From: a virus
Virus record (IMG/VR): IMGVR_UViG_3300045988_081432
Coordinates: 16,198-80,197 of that record
Reading direction: 5' to 3' (one strand)
DNA length: 64,000 nucleotides
In this document: piece after piece, positions 47,372-57,100 of the stretch
How positions within the stretch are numbered: the stretch's first letter is position 1
Layout: each line of letters starts with the position of its first letter
Made by a program: the position numbers and the translations under genes
Notes under the pieces: model-generated
Seen by the model: the letters and a program-made list of their open reading frames with translations, nothing else
What the model was told of the DNA's origin: nothing
Database searches by the model: none

Positions 47372-47638
47372 TTAAATTTCTATAGCAATAGATTTAGCAA
47401 CACATTCTGGCTGACTATATTCATAGTCACAAGCAAGCAATTCTGATTTACCTGTTTCCAAATTAACACCAAGATAAGAAGAATAGTCCCTGTTAGAACA
47501 ATAGCCGTAGTTTTCTCTAAAGCCTCTATGGTTTATAGATTTAATATACCATTTATCATTAAACTTAAAAACGGTTCCACATTCTAAGTCTCTAATTCTG
47601 ATTTCATCTAAAGATGACTTTTCCATTATATTTGCCAT
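47372..47638 (-). CDS. hypothetical protein
   Basis: 88-aa ORF; last gene of the minus-strand array. Confidence 0.5.
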   Translation of the reverse strand: MANIMEKSSLDEIRIRDLECGTVFKFNDKWYIKSINHRGFRENYGYCSNRDYSSYLGVNLETGKSELLACDYEYSQPECVAKSIAIEI

Positions 47639-47648
47639 AAATTTAATC

Positions 47649-47975
47649 TCAAGTGCATGGATACCAAGCCTTGTTCAGTTCAAGTGTGGGAATGTTGTAA
47701 TCTTTTGCGGCATCATGTTCAATACGACACCCACGAGCATTCTCCCATCCATCCATAAACACAGCAAGGTCTGCTTTGGCAAGAACTTCAAGAGAACGCC
47801 CAAGATATACAAGGGACGGGACATCTTCTGCGAAATGGAAGATAGTATCGAGAACCTTAATATCTTCACCGAGATATTTCTTTAAATCTTTAACGAGTTC
47901 ATCTCGTTCCCACTGAATTTCACCAGTCTCTTTACCCTTCATGGGTTGAGAAATAAATATGTTCATTTTAGCCAT
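47649..47975 (-). CDS. DUF4406 / nucleoside 2-deoxyribosyltransferase-like protein
   Basis: IFISQPMKGK...ADLAVFMDGWENARGCRIEHDAA follows the pattern of this fold, as I recall it. Confidence 0.5.
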   Translation of the reverse strand: MAKMNIFISQPMKGKETGEIQWERDELVKDLKKYLGEDIKVLDTIFHFAEDVPSLVYLGRSLEVLAKADLAVFMDGWENARGCRIEHDAAKDYNIPTLELNKAWYPCT

Positions 47976-47979
47976 AAAA

Positions 47980-48255
47980 TCAACCTTTCATGATATTAAG
48001 TTTTGCGTTATAAATCATCATACAGTCATCAATCCAATCATCAACTGAATAGCCTGAAATGATTAGGCGAAAACCACCATTGCCGTCATTTGACATATCA
48101 TCTGCTTCACGCCGCATGGACTTTAGAATTAGAATAGTCTGTTCAAGGACAGACAAACTTACCTCTGCAAGATTAATGGTAATAAATCCATCAAGTAAAT
48201 TTAACACACTATTTGTTTTTAGGGTTTCATTTTTGTTATCTTTTGCGTCGAACAT
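47980..48255 (-). CDS. hypothetical protein
   Basis: 91-aa ORF with an AAAGGAGG RBS, just downstream of the promoter at 48279-48307. Confidence 0.5.
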   Translation of the reverse strand: MFDAKDNKNETLKTNSVLNLLDGFITINLAEVSLSVLEQTILILKSMRREADDMSNDGNGGFRLIISGYSVDDWIDDCMMIYNAKLNIMKG

Positions 48256-48278
48256 TTGAATCGACCTCCTTTATTAAT

Positions 48279-48307
48279 ATTATATCAAAGTCTCAATCAA
48301 AAGTCAA
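48279..48307 (-). promoter_or_regulatory. sigma-A consensus promoter
   Basis: On the minus strand, TTGACT (48307-48302), a 17-nt spacer and TATAAT (48284-48279). Confidence 0.7.
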
Positions 48308-48310
48308 GAC

Positions 48311-48832
48311 TTATTTATTGCTACTGCCAAGAGCGCCAACACCACGTTCAGAATCAATCTTTTGTAGCTCTTCAATACTAATTTCAGAAAGATTTACAAC
48401 TGGAACGTACTCAACAGCAAATTGAGCAATAGCTTTTGATGTAGGAACATAAATAACATTATCGTTATTGAAGACTCTATCAACATCGTTTGATAGGACA
48501 ATGTCTTTGTTACATCCGTTATAAATTGACACGAACCATTCACCACGATACCCAGAGTCAATCTGACCAGCCATTACAATCATATTTGCCTTTGTATTAG
48601 AGCCGCGCTCACGAACAGCGATACGATACTTTTTATCAAATGCACTATACAAACCGGTAGGGACAAGTTCGTTAGTGTGAGACGGAATTATAAAGTCTTC
48701 TGTGATATGTGCATAAACATCGTAACATCCATCTTCGTCACGCTTAGTAGGAAATTTAACAGAACTATCTTTACGAGCAAATTTAATATCATCTACTCCA
48801 CAAAAGGTGTCAAAAATATTATCAAAATACAT
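48311..48832 (-). CDS. dut: dUTPase
   Basis: Contains AGQIDSGYRGEW and the C-terminal RGVGALGSS motif, both characteristic of trimeric dUTPases. Confidence 0.8.
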   Translation of the reverse strand: MYFDNIFDTFCGVDDIKFARKDSSVKFPTKRDEDGCYDVYAHITEDFIIPSHTNELVPTGLYSAFDKKYRIAVRERGSNTKANMIVMAGQIDSGYRGEWFVSIYNGCNKDIVLSNDVDRVFNNDNVIYVPTSKAIAQFAVEYVPVVNLSEISIEELQKIDSERGVGALGSSNK

Positions 48833-48866
48833 TACAAATACTCCTTTATTAATTGGTTTATTAATT

Positions 48867-49235
48867 TTACTTAAAACGCCTGTTCTTCATCCATTGTTCA
48901 TACCTTTCTCTAATTGGTTTTTCACAAAACTCAATCAGTTCATCAATTTCTTTATTTACAAGCTTAACTTTTTCTTCTTTTGACAACTGCTCAAAAGATT
49001 TAGTAGGATTAAATCTCAGTTTTACATCCCTAATATATGTCTCTTTAACAATATTTGTATAATTTAATTCTGTACCTTCCATTACTTTTGCCATTGGTGA
49101 CATATAGGTATCATACACTTCTATGTTAAATTCTGCAAATCTATTTCCAGAGCTGTCAGTATAAACATCGCTATCAATTATCTTTTTATGAAATGGATTT
49201 TGCCCTCTTGGTCTGCTCTTTGGTTTATACCCCAT
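48867..49235 (-). CDS. hypothetical protein
   Basis: 122-aa ORF in the co-directional array. Confidence 0.5.
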   Translation of the reverse strand: MGYKPKSRPRGQNPFHKKIIDSDVYTDSSGNRFAEFNIEVYDTYMSPMAKVMEGTELNYTNIVKETYIRDVKLRFNPTKSFEQLSKEEKVKLVNKEIDELIEFCEKPIRERYEQWMKNRRFK

Positions 49236-49260
49236 AATTATTACCTATGAAAACAAAATT

Positions 49261-49416
49261 TTAATTACTACCAATATCCGAAAGTTCCTCTAGCATATCT
49301 TCAATAGCTCGTTTATAGCCACGCCAAGACATCAAACTTTCTGTAGAGAAGCTATGATTCCGTATCATATCGTTTGCAAAAGCAAGTTTTCTTAGCAGAT
49401 ATTCTTTTAATTCCAT
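49261..49416 (-). CDS. small hypothetical protein of 51 aa (not in the track)
   Basis: Translation is MELKEYLLRKLAFANDMIRNHSFSTESLMSWRGYKRAIEDMLEELSDIGSN. An AAGGTGTGG RBS is present. It fills an otherwise empty gap. Confidence 0.45.
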   Translation of the reverse strand: MELKEYLLRKLAFANDMIRNHSFSTESLMSWRGYKRAIEDMLEELSDIGSN

Positions 49417-49434
49417 GCTTACCACACCTTAATT

Positions 49435-49617
49435 TTATGAGTACCATTTATACGTCTGCATAAAAGTCCAAACGCCATCGCCAAAACCGAGTTTTTCAAG
49501 AGTGTCACACATAAGAGTATCCATAGACTCATGTGCAAACTTAACGCTCTTGTACTGACTACGAACTTTCATTTCTTTGTTAAATTCATCAATCATTTCT
49601 TGTGGAATATTATACAT
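49435..49617 (-). CDS. hypothetical protein
   Basis: 60 aa with a GGAGAG RBS 5 nt upstream. Confidence 0.5.
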   Translation of the reverse strand: MYNIPQEMIDEFNKEMKVRSQYKSVKFAHESMDTLMCDTLEKLGFGDGVWTFMQTYKWYS

Positions 49618-49628
49618 GACTACTCTCC

Positions 49629-49904
49629 TTACTTACTATACCAACCAAGTTGTCTCATTTTCTTTAGGATTAGCTTAGTTTCGTATCCAGTTAGCCCAAC
49701 ACAAATATTACCCTTAAAACGCTTATCAAACGTATCCTTATCATAGGATTGAATAATACTGTTTCCATCTGTCCTATGAATAACAGTTAAGACTTGCATA
49801 TAATTATAAGTATCATTATAGCGCTCATATACGACCGCCCACTTGTCTTCCCTTACTTTCTTAAAGCCAATTTCTTCTAACTTCTTATCGGTGCTCTTAA
49901 ACAT
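49629..49904 (-). CDS. hypothetical protein
   Basis: ATG 49904 lies 6 nt after AAGGAGA; the track starts at 49928. Confidence 0.5.
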   Translation of the reverse strand: MFKSTDKKLEEIGFKKVREDKWAVVYERYNDTYNYMQVLTVIHRTDGNSIIQSYDKDTFDKRFKGNICVGLTGYETKLILKKMRQLGWYSK

Positions 49905-49906
49905 AA

Positions 49907-50107
49907 TCATTCTCCTTTTGAAATACAAACTAGATTTCCTCTGCCACCAATCGGTTTTACTGGCTCTGGCTCTGGGATATAAGAAAACTTATAGCATTCA
50001 GGATGTTTATTATAATCTTCAATAAGCCATTGAACAGCATATCTCAGCATTTGTTTTTCTTGTTCTTTTGTTAATCCTTGAATAGACCTATACTCTTTTT
50101 GTTCCAT
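49907..50107 (-). CDS. hypothetical protein
   Basis: 66-aa ORF in the array. Confidence 0.45.
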   Translation of the reverse strand: MEQKEYRSIQGLTKEQEKQMLRYAVQWLIEDYNKHPECYKFSYIPEPEPVKPIGGRGNLVCISKGE

Positions 50108-50465
50108 TAATATTATACCTCTTAATCCTATTCTCTGTCAAGTGGAGAATTTTACATAAGTCAGAATTTTCTTTATTTATATAACTCTCGAATATGCCAT
50201 CGTTTTCAAGTTCTGCAAAATCACCCCTGCTTCCAATGTCATTAATCATTTTAACAAAATTTGTTTGAATTGACAGCTTCGCCATTTTCTCAAGAAAATC
50301 ATCTTCTTTCGAGATTTTCATGCAATACTTGTTAAACTCTTCTGCGGAAGCATATAGAAGCATACGACGCATTTCTATCCAAAATTCTTTTTGCTTTGGC
50401 TCACAGGTTTTTATAATATCTACAACGGCATCTGCCATTAAAAGTTTTGATTCTAACTCTGTCAT
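50088..50465 (-). CDS. hypothetical protein
   Basis: 125-aa ORF in the array. Confidence 0.5.
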   Translation of the reverse strand: MTELESKLLMADAVVDIIKTCEPKQKEFWIEMRRMLLYASAEEFNKYCMKISKEDDFLEKMAKLSIQTNFVKMINDIGSRGDFAELENDGIFESYINKENSDLCKILHLTENRIKRYNINGTKRV

Positions 50466-50474
50466 ATCAAATCC

Positions 50475-50702
50475 TTAATATTGGAACCAATTTCCTTGAC
50501 TATCCATCATAATTTTCTTCCCACAAAATTTACAACGAGAACAAACAGAATACCTTTTAAATGTCTTTTCTTCAACAGGTTCGTGCCAACCAAGAATATC
50601 ATGATAAAACCATGTCATTGCTTTGTATGGGTGAACACACCATATAGCACCAGACAACCACAAGAGAAATAGAATAACAATAAATATCTCAAAAAGCAAC
50701 AT
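50475..50702 (-). CDS. small membrane protein with a C-terminal Cys pair motif
   Basis: N-terminal TM segment (LLFEIFIVILFLLWLSGAIW) followed by CSRCKFCGKK. Confidence 0.5.
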   Translation of the reverse strand: MLLFEIFIVILFLLWLSGAIWCVHPYKAMTWFYHDILGWHEPVEEKTFKRYSVCSRCKFCGKKIMMDSQGNWFQY

Positions 50703-50730
50703 AATATCACCTCTTAATGAAAGAAATCTT

Positions 50731-50994
50731 TTATTCCTTAATGATAGTTTTTAAAATTGTATTGTTAAGTGAGTCTGTCCACATAATAGGGACAAGAGAG
50801 TCTGAGATAAATTCTACCATTTCATCACAACCAGAGAAATACCAATCATTGCTAAAATAATCACGCTCAATTTTGTGTACTTCAAATTTATTAGATGAAA
50901 TATTTTTGAATACCATCCATATTTCTCTGCTGTTCATTCCAGTAGGAAGTCCATATTTTGCTATTGAATACCAATAAATTGTTTGTTCAATCAT
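50731..50994 (-). CDS. DUF551-like protein, paralogue A
   Basis: ATG 50994 follows AAGGAGA. Contains IYWYSIAKYGLP...PIMWTDS. It is in tandem with its paralogue at 50987..51265. Confidence 0.5.
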   Translation of the reverse strand: MIEQTIYWYSIAKYGLPTGMNSREIWMVFKNISSNKFEVHKIERDYFSNDWYFSGCDEMVEFISDSLVPIMWTDSLNNTILKTIIKE

Positions 50995-51265
50995 AATTCT
51001 CCTTAATAAAAGCATCTATAGTACTAGGCTCAAAAGAAGCAGTCCACATAATAGGTGTAAAGTCTGCACAATCAAAGTCAACCTTCTTCATGTGTAAATG
51101 TGGGCTTGCAAATCTCCACGTCTTACAACTGTCGTCGCAAGTTACTTCATAAATTTGATGAATTTTACAACTTGGATTTCTAAACAAAAACCAATAACTA
51201 CTATTTCTATTGCGTGGAAGTCCCTCGTCTTTAATAGAGTGCCAAATAACTTCTTGTTTAATCAT
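50987..51265 (-). CDS. DUF551-like protein, paralogue B
   Basis: Contains VIWHSIKDEGLP...PIMWTAS. Confidence 0.5.
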   Translation of the reverse strand: MIKQEVIWHSIKDEGLPRNRNSSYWFLFRNPSCKIHQIYEVTCDDSCKTWRFASPHLHMKKVDFDCADFTPIMWTASFEPSTIDAFIKENYD

Positions 51266-51714
51266 AGCAAATGCCTCAGTCCACTTATATATTTTTCTTT
51301 TAGCCTATCGGTCAATGTATCTTTTAGAATTAAATGGTCTTTAATGTCTGCTAATTTAACAAACCACGCAATCTGACCATAACGTGTTCTAGCACTATCA
51401 TGAATACGTTCACAATAATCTTCGTACTTCTCACCTTTATTTGTAAGAAGCCTTAGAGCTTTATAGGCACATTCATAATCGGGATACAACTCGTACGGCT
51501 CATAATCTGTATCCTCTAACAAGTCGTGCATCATGGCAACACACCAGCATTCATTGCGAATATCGACAGGGATTACATCATTATCAGAAATATAATCAGC
51601 TACACGCTTGGCATGGTCAAATGTCTCTTTGTCATAGTATGTTCTTGCCGCATGAATTGCAATTTTGGTAAGTTTATAAGATGGCGTATCTAAGACAGAT
51701 TGATGTTCTTCCAT
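51262..51714 (-). CDS. HD-domain small alarmone hydrolase-like protein (RelA/SpoT hydrolase fold)
   Basis: The HAKRVADYI...CVAMMHDLLEDT motif is the His...HD...ED signature of the HD_4 family. 150 aa. Confidence 0.65.
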   Translation of the reverse strand: MEEHQSVLDTPSYKLTKIAIHAARTYYDKETFDHAKRVADYISDNDVIPVDIRNECWCVAMMHDLLEDTDYEPYELYPDYECAYKALRLLTNKGEKYEDYCERIHDSARTRYGQIAWFVKLADIKDHLILKDTLTDRLKEKYISGLRHLL

Positions 51715-51720
51715 TTAACA

Positions 51721-51987
51721 TCACTTCCTTTTATAATCATTGCAAATTTCTGGTGGATTGTTAAAATTACTGTATCTACAGTTACAATTATAAGCCCGTG
51801 TTGCGTTGCTATCTTTGTATTTTAAGTGTTTACAAGTGTCGCAAAGTGGCAAATCTGACGACTGTTCCTTCTGAACTTTCTTTGACGCTTTATAAATCAG
51901 AATCAAAATACGAAGAATATAACTCAGACTAAGAACCAGAAGAACACCGATTCCAATTTTAATAAATTGCCAAATAAAATTAATCAT
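51721..51987 (-). CDS. membrane-anchored Cys-rich protein
   Basis: N-terminal TM segment, then CDTCKHL...NCNC...C. Confidence 0.5.
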   Translation of the reverse strand: MINFIWQFIKIGIGVLLVLSLSYILRILILIYKASKKVQKEQSSDLPLCDTCKHLKYKDSNATRAYNCNCRYSNFNNPPEICNDYKRK

Positions 51988-52013
51988 AATTTAATACCAA
52001 CAAAAATTCATTT

Positions 52014-53228
52014 TTATTCACCAGCTTTGAAGTTATAAACAGGTTTGATGTGATTTATAATTTCAACAGTAGGAGAAATTGCGTCGATAATTTCCTGTGC
52101 TGGTTTATATGCCATTGGGCATTCATCCAGCGTACCTTCGTTCACAGAGGTTGAATAAATTCCATCCATCTGCTTCTTGAACTCGTCTATGCTAAATGCT
52201 TTCTTAGCCGCCACTCGGCTATACATTCTGCCAGCACCATGAGGTGCAGAACAGTTCCAATCAGGGTTGCCCTTACCAATGCAAATCAGACTTCCATCCT
52301 TCATGTTTAGAGGAATAATCAGCCTCTCTCCCTTCTTGGCAGAAACAGAACCCTTTCTAATGATATTGTCAGACATATCAATGTAATTATGAACCGTCTG
52401 GAAGAAATGAATTTCTGGAATTTTCTCTTGCAAACCAACACCATTAAGAATTTCATTCATGATATGAAGCCTATTCATAGTTGCAAAGTTTTGGCAGATT
52501 TTCATATCGTGTAAATATGCTTCTCTGTCTTTGCCCTCAAGATAACAAAGCTCATTAGGAATATCTGGAAACTTAAAATTTAACTCAGAAAGTTTCTGAG
52601 AAATTTCTTTTTCTCTCCCTTCGGCCTTTAGTTGATTGATAAGAGCGTCAACAGCTTCTTTCTTTTTGTTCTTACCTTTGAGATTTGAAATTGCAACATT
52701 TTGGTAATACTCTGCCACTTGCTTTCCAAGATTACGGCTCCCCGTATGAATTACCAAATACTGATTGTCGTTATCATCTTCATCCAGTTCGATAAAGTGA
52801 TTACCACCACCAAGAGTACCAAGACTACGAACAATCCGGTCGATATTATGCAAAGAGTCTTTACAGGTTAAATCATCCAAAAAATTTTCTTCGAGAGTTG
52901 GTTCTTCGTGAACAGCCATTCCAGCAGGAACCCGCCCATGGATTACCTCGTCCAACTTCTTAGGGTCTATATGATTCTTGCCAAGTTCCGCAACTAACAT
53001 ACCACAACCGATATCTACACCAACAATGGAAGGAATAACCTTATTCCCTAAGTCAGCGGTAAAACCAATAACGCAACCAGTGCCAGCATGAACATCAGGC
53101 ATAATACGGATTTTGCATCCATCCACAAAACTCTGATTGCACAAAGATAGAATCTGCTGAGATGCGGATTCTTCAATGTTATCAGTAAACACTTTTGCGG
53201 TAGCGTATTTGCCATCAATCAGCTTCAT
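52014..53228 (-). CDS. rtcB: RtcB RNA 3'-phosphate ligase
   Basis: Contains MPDVHAGTGCVIGF, GGGNHFIE, HTGSRNLG, NFATMNR, VHNYI and SAPHGAGR, all hallmark RtcB motifs. Confidence 0.9.
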   Translation of the reverse strand: MKLIDGKYATAKVFTDNIEESASQQILSLCNQSFVDGCKIRIMPDVHAGTGCVIGFTADLGNKVIPSIVGVDIGCGMLVAELGKNHIDPKKLDEVIHGRVPAGMAVHEEPTLEENFLDDLTCKDSLHNIDRIVRSLGTLGGGNHFIELDEDDNDNQYLVIHTGSRNLGKQVAEYYQNVAISNLKGKNKKKEAVDALINQLKAEGREKEISQKLSELNFKFPDIPNELCYLEGKDREAYLHDMKICQNFATMNRLHIMNEILNGVGLQEKIPEIHFFQTVHNYIDMSDNIIRKGSVSAKKGERLIIPLNMKDGSLICIGKGNPDWNCSAPHGAGRMYSRVAAKKAFSIDEFKKQMDGIYSTSVNEGTLDECPMAYKPAQEIIDAISPTVEIINHIKPVYNFKAGE

Positions 53229-53238
53229 CTAAATCACC

Positions 53239-53499
53239 TCATTCAATATAATCATCATAAATCATAACAACTGGAATTGATTCATTTTGGCTAAGAACAA
53301 TAATTTGCTTATTAAGATTATGCTCTAGCATAACCAAATCTTCTAGCGTATCAAGTTCAATTTCACCAAAATATTCAGTCCAGCAATAGCCACTACGGGT
53401 CTTCTGTTCAAAATTATAAAAATTAAGAACAGGGTATGTTTCTTCGAGAGGTTTATTCCAATAGCCAACAGACTTAATCTTAAATTTCATATTATTCAC
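53239..53499 (-). CDS. hypothetical protein
   Basis: 86-aa ORF that overlaps the upstream gene by 8 nt. Confidence 0.5.
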   Translation of the reverse strand: MNNMKFKIKSVGYWNKPLEETYPVLNFYNFEQKTRSGYCWTEYFGEIELDTLEDLVMLEHNLNKQIIVLSQNESIPVVMIYDDYIE

Positions 53500-54097
53500 C
53501 CAACTTAATAGTCACACCATTGTCAATTTCAATTGGATATTTATAAGTTCCATCATTAAAACATTCGTATCTAATAAACCTATCAGCATTATTCATGAGA
53601 ACTTTCTTATCATGGCGATTCCAAATAATATAGTCATAATTATAATTTAGAACATCCATGTCGCTCTCGTTGAACGCTTTTGCTTCTGCTTCTGGATTAC
53701 GAATCAGAACCGTCTTTGCATGGAACTCTTTCTTATACTTGTCAATTTCTTCTGGTTCACGAACATCAATAAACACAAGAAGCCATTCATAATCATCAAA
53801 AAAACTACTCGTCTTATCTTCGTCCATCGAAGTCCAGAATCTAATATTTTCTACGGTCTTCTTAAAAGGAACATCATTGTATTCGGTAAGAAGATGCTTC
53901 ATACCGCTAAGAAGATTACGACCTTTTTCGTCCTTATTCCCATCCCATCCAAGTTGCTTTGCTTTCATCTTAATCCAATCCACACTAGAAAACTGCATTA
54001 CATGAATAAGATAATCTTCATATCCTTTACAATAACTAGCGAAAGTATCTTTACCAGCAGTGGATACGCCATTAAGAATATAATATTTTACGTTCAT
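53492..54097 (-). CDS. P-loop kinase, dNMP-kinase-like
   Basis: N-terminal P-loop LNGVSTAGKDTF resembles phage deoxynucleoside monophosphate kinases. A polynucleotide kinase role cannot be excluded. Confidence 0.45.
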   Translation of the reverse strand: MNVKYYILNGVSTAGKDTFASYCKGYEDYLIHVMQFSSVDWIKMKAKQLGWDGNKDEKGRNLLSGMKHLLTEYNDVPFKKTVENIRFWTSMDEDKTSSFFDDYEWLLVFIDVREPEEIDKYKKEFHAKTVLIRNPEAEAKAFNESDMDVLNYNYDYIIWNRHDKKVLMNNADRFIRYECFNDGTYKYPIEIDNGVTIKLGE

Positions 54098-54122
54098 TTA
54101 TAATCCCTCACTTTCTATAAGT

Positions 54123-54151
54123 ATTATAGCAAAAAGGGCAGGGTTTGTCAA
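54123..54151 (-). promoter_or_regulatory. sigma-A consensus promoter embedded in a terminator hairpin
   Basis: On the minus strand, TTGACA (54151-54146), a 17-nt spacer and TATAAT (54128-54123). The -35 box lies in the hairpin loop. Confidence 0.65.
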
Positions 54152-54162
54152 TACCCTGCCCT
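54135..54162 (-). terminator. terminator hairpin after dnaE
   Basis: On the minus strand, AGGGCAGGGT-attgacaa-ACCCTGCCCT forms a 10-bp stem, followed by TTTTT. Confidence 0.7.
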
Positions 54163-54171
54163 AAAACAATT

Positions 54172-57100
54172 TTAGATATTTACAAGAACTTCATAGTTAG
54201 TTATGTGCCAATAATCTTTCTGTTTTTCAAGATGCTTACAGAGTATTACATCACCAACTTGAAATTCTTCATGGTAATTTTTAGAAGTAATAGTGTAATT
54301 AGATTGCTTACCACTACCAATACTCTGCGCCGTAATCTGCCTTGCCCATACTCTACCACTAGCCTTAGACTTTAGTGCTTTGACATCAAGGATATATAGC
54401 TTTGGTCTGTCTTCTTGCTTACCTGTTGCAATATCAACATAACCCATGTATTCTTTCTGAATTTCTGCTTTTTCTTTAATAGTCATAGGTTTGATACCTA
54501 ATGACATAATCAAAGTTTCACATTCGTTCAAAATTGCCATATTATCTAGTTGAGAATAGGATTTAGATTCTTTGCCAGCCTTAGTAGTAGAAACAGAATG
54601 TCTCTCTACAATCGCCCTTACGACATCACTGTTAGCTAGTTTTTCTTTTTTCAAAGTCTTTGCTGTACCAAACATATCATACATCTTAACAAGACGTAGA
54701 AGTTCTTTAGCATTGCCAAATTCATCAAAGAAATCTAGCTTAATAAGGATATCTAATTGACGGGAATTTACAGATGTCTTTCCGTAAATATCTCGTAGTA
54801 AATCTACAAAGGAATCATAATGGTTATCTCGTAGACTATATAAATCATCAGCACAAGATTGGTTCATAAATTTAACAGAACCAATGCCTTTGTAAATTGA
54901 ATTAGATTCTTTATCAACAAAATATTCTGCTTTTGAATACCTAAACTTTGGTTTCTTGATTTTTACTTTGATAGATTTTGCATATTCAGACGCCTCATTT
55001 GTCTTGTCTTCGTCATCAACAAAAATATTTAAGCAACAACAAATATATTCAAGAGGATAATAGTATCTTAACCAAGCACATTCATAAGATATAGACGTAT
55101 AACTAACTGCATGAACCAGAGAAAAACTATAACGAGTGGCATTTAGAACGCAACCAAGAAAAATATCCATAATCTCATCAGATTTTTCTTGAGAAAGTCC
55201 CAATCTAACCTTTCCGTTTTCCTCAAATCTCTGCTTGATAATTGGCAACTGTTCTTTTGTGCCAAGTTTTTTACCAATAATTTTTCTTAATTTGTCCGCT
55301 TCTAGGAATGTATACCCACAGAATTTCATTACGAACTCCATAATAGGTTCCTGTAGAATAGGATAACCCATTGTAGAAGCAAGTAAATCATCAATTTCCT
55401 TAACGCCACTATGATACCCAATGCCACTTACAGCATTATCGTAAACATCTTTTCCGCAAGGGCGAATTAAACCAGACACAAAAGTGATAATATCAAACTT
55501 TGTAATGGACGGATAATCATGGTGAATCCTACTCCAAGATGCGGGACTAAGAATTTTCTTGATAGTTTGTTCTCCATAATTACTATTCAACTGAAAAATA
55601 AGAGATGTATCATTCTTAATTGATTCAAAAACTTTATCATCATCGAAAGTAAGATTCTTTGGAGAAATACGTTCAATGCCAGCGACATCACAGCATTTAT
55701 TAATAACGCCAACATTATCAAGAGCGAGTTCATCCATCTTAACCCAATTCAGAGAATCAAGTTCTTTCATATTCAAGACGCAAACAGGGTATTCGTCACC
55801 AGCAAGGGTACAGATGCCAAGCTCTGATTCAATATCTCTATCTGCAACAAGAACACCAGAAGGATGGCTACCAAGAGAGGTGACAGTGCCTTGTACTAAA
55901 TCAACAATCTCAAATAGTTTTGGATATTTCTTACGCCAAGAGTCGTCAATTGTCGTTACCTTGTTTTCGCCTTCCGTTGCTTCATAAACCGCTTTTGCGA
56001 TTTCATCAACAATTTCAAGCGGCATATCAAGGCCGCGTCCAATATCACGAATAGCACCACGCAAAGCAATCGTGTTAAATGTAATAATCTCAGAAGTCTT
56101 AATATTAGGTAAATCCAAATGGTCTTTTAGCATCCAACGCTTAGTCGCATCACGGTCTTTTGAATACTGGTCTGTATCAATATCGGGAAGACTATACTTA
56201 GATTCGTCCATAAAGCGCCAAAAATGAAAGCCATATTTAAGAGGGTTAACTTCTGTTACACCAAGAGAATAAAGTGCAAGACTAGAGGCAGCAGACCCAC
56301 GAGCAGGGCCAGTATAGAATCCGTGGTCTTTTTCCCATCTGGAAATATAGTCTGCAAGGATAATATAGTCAACGGAATCAATGGCTTTGAATGTCTTAAA
56401 TTCATGATTAAGGCGGTTTCTTACGTCATCTTCTGAAAAACCTTCGCTCACAATAGAACCAACAGCCTGTGGGTTGAATAGCTTATCTCGCAGAATCTTT
56501 TCAGAATCATCATAAATCTTTGGAAATTTAAATGACGTATCAAGGGTAAATGGCTGTACCATATCAGCCATAACATTTGTGTTCTGAATCGCTTCAAGAT
56601 AAGCAGATTCAGGAAGTGCGTCTTGAATATGATATGCTTCTACTAGTTCATCATAGCTCTTCCACGTTAAATCCCACTGTGCTTCGTCATCATTAAATAC
56701 AACCCTCTTTCCAGCTTGGAGAACTTTTCTTGCCTTTTCTTGTAATTTATTCGCACAGTGGAAGTCTGTACCCGTAATTAATGGAACATTAATCTGCCTA
56801 CTTAGTTCGTAAAGATATTGGTTGTAAATCTTTTGCTTTTCTACATTATGATGTTGAATCTCTAAAAAACAACGGCCTTTGTTTTTGGCAAGAAATTTGA
56901 TAAATCTCTCTTTTAATTCTTCGTTTCCTTTACAAAGAACCGAGGCCACACACGCAGTACACACAATAATGTTATTACTTGTTCCAAGCAATTCTGCAAA
57001 AGTAATACGAGGAACGTAATAAAAATGTCCATCTTCACGATTATATGCACGACTCGACATCTTATTCAGTTCAAAAAATCCGTCTTTGTTCTTTGCAATC

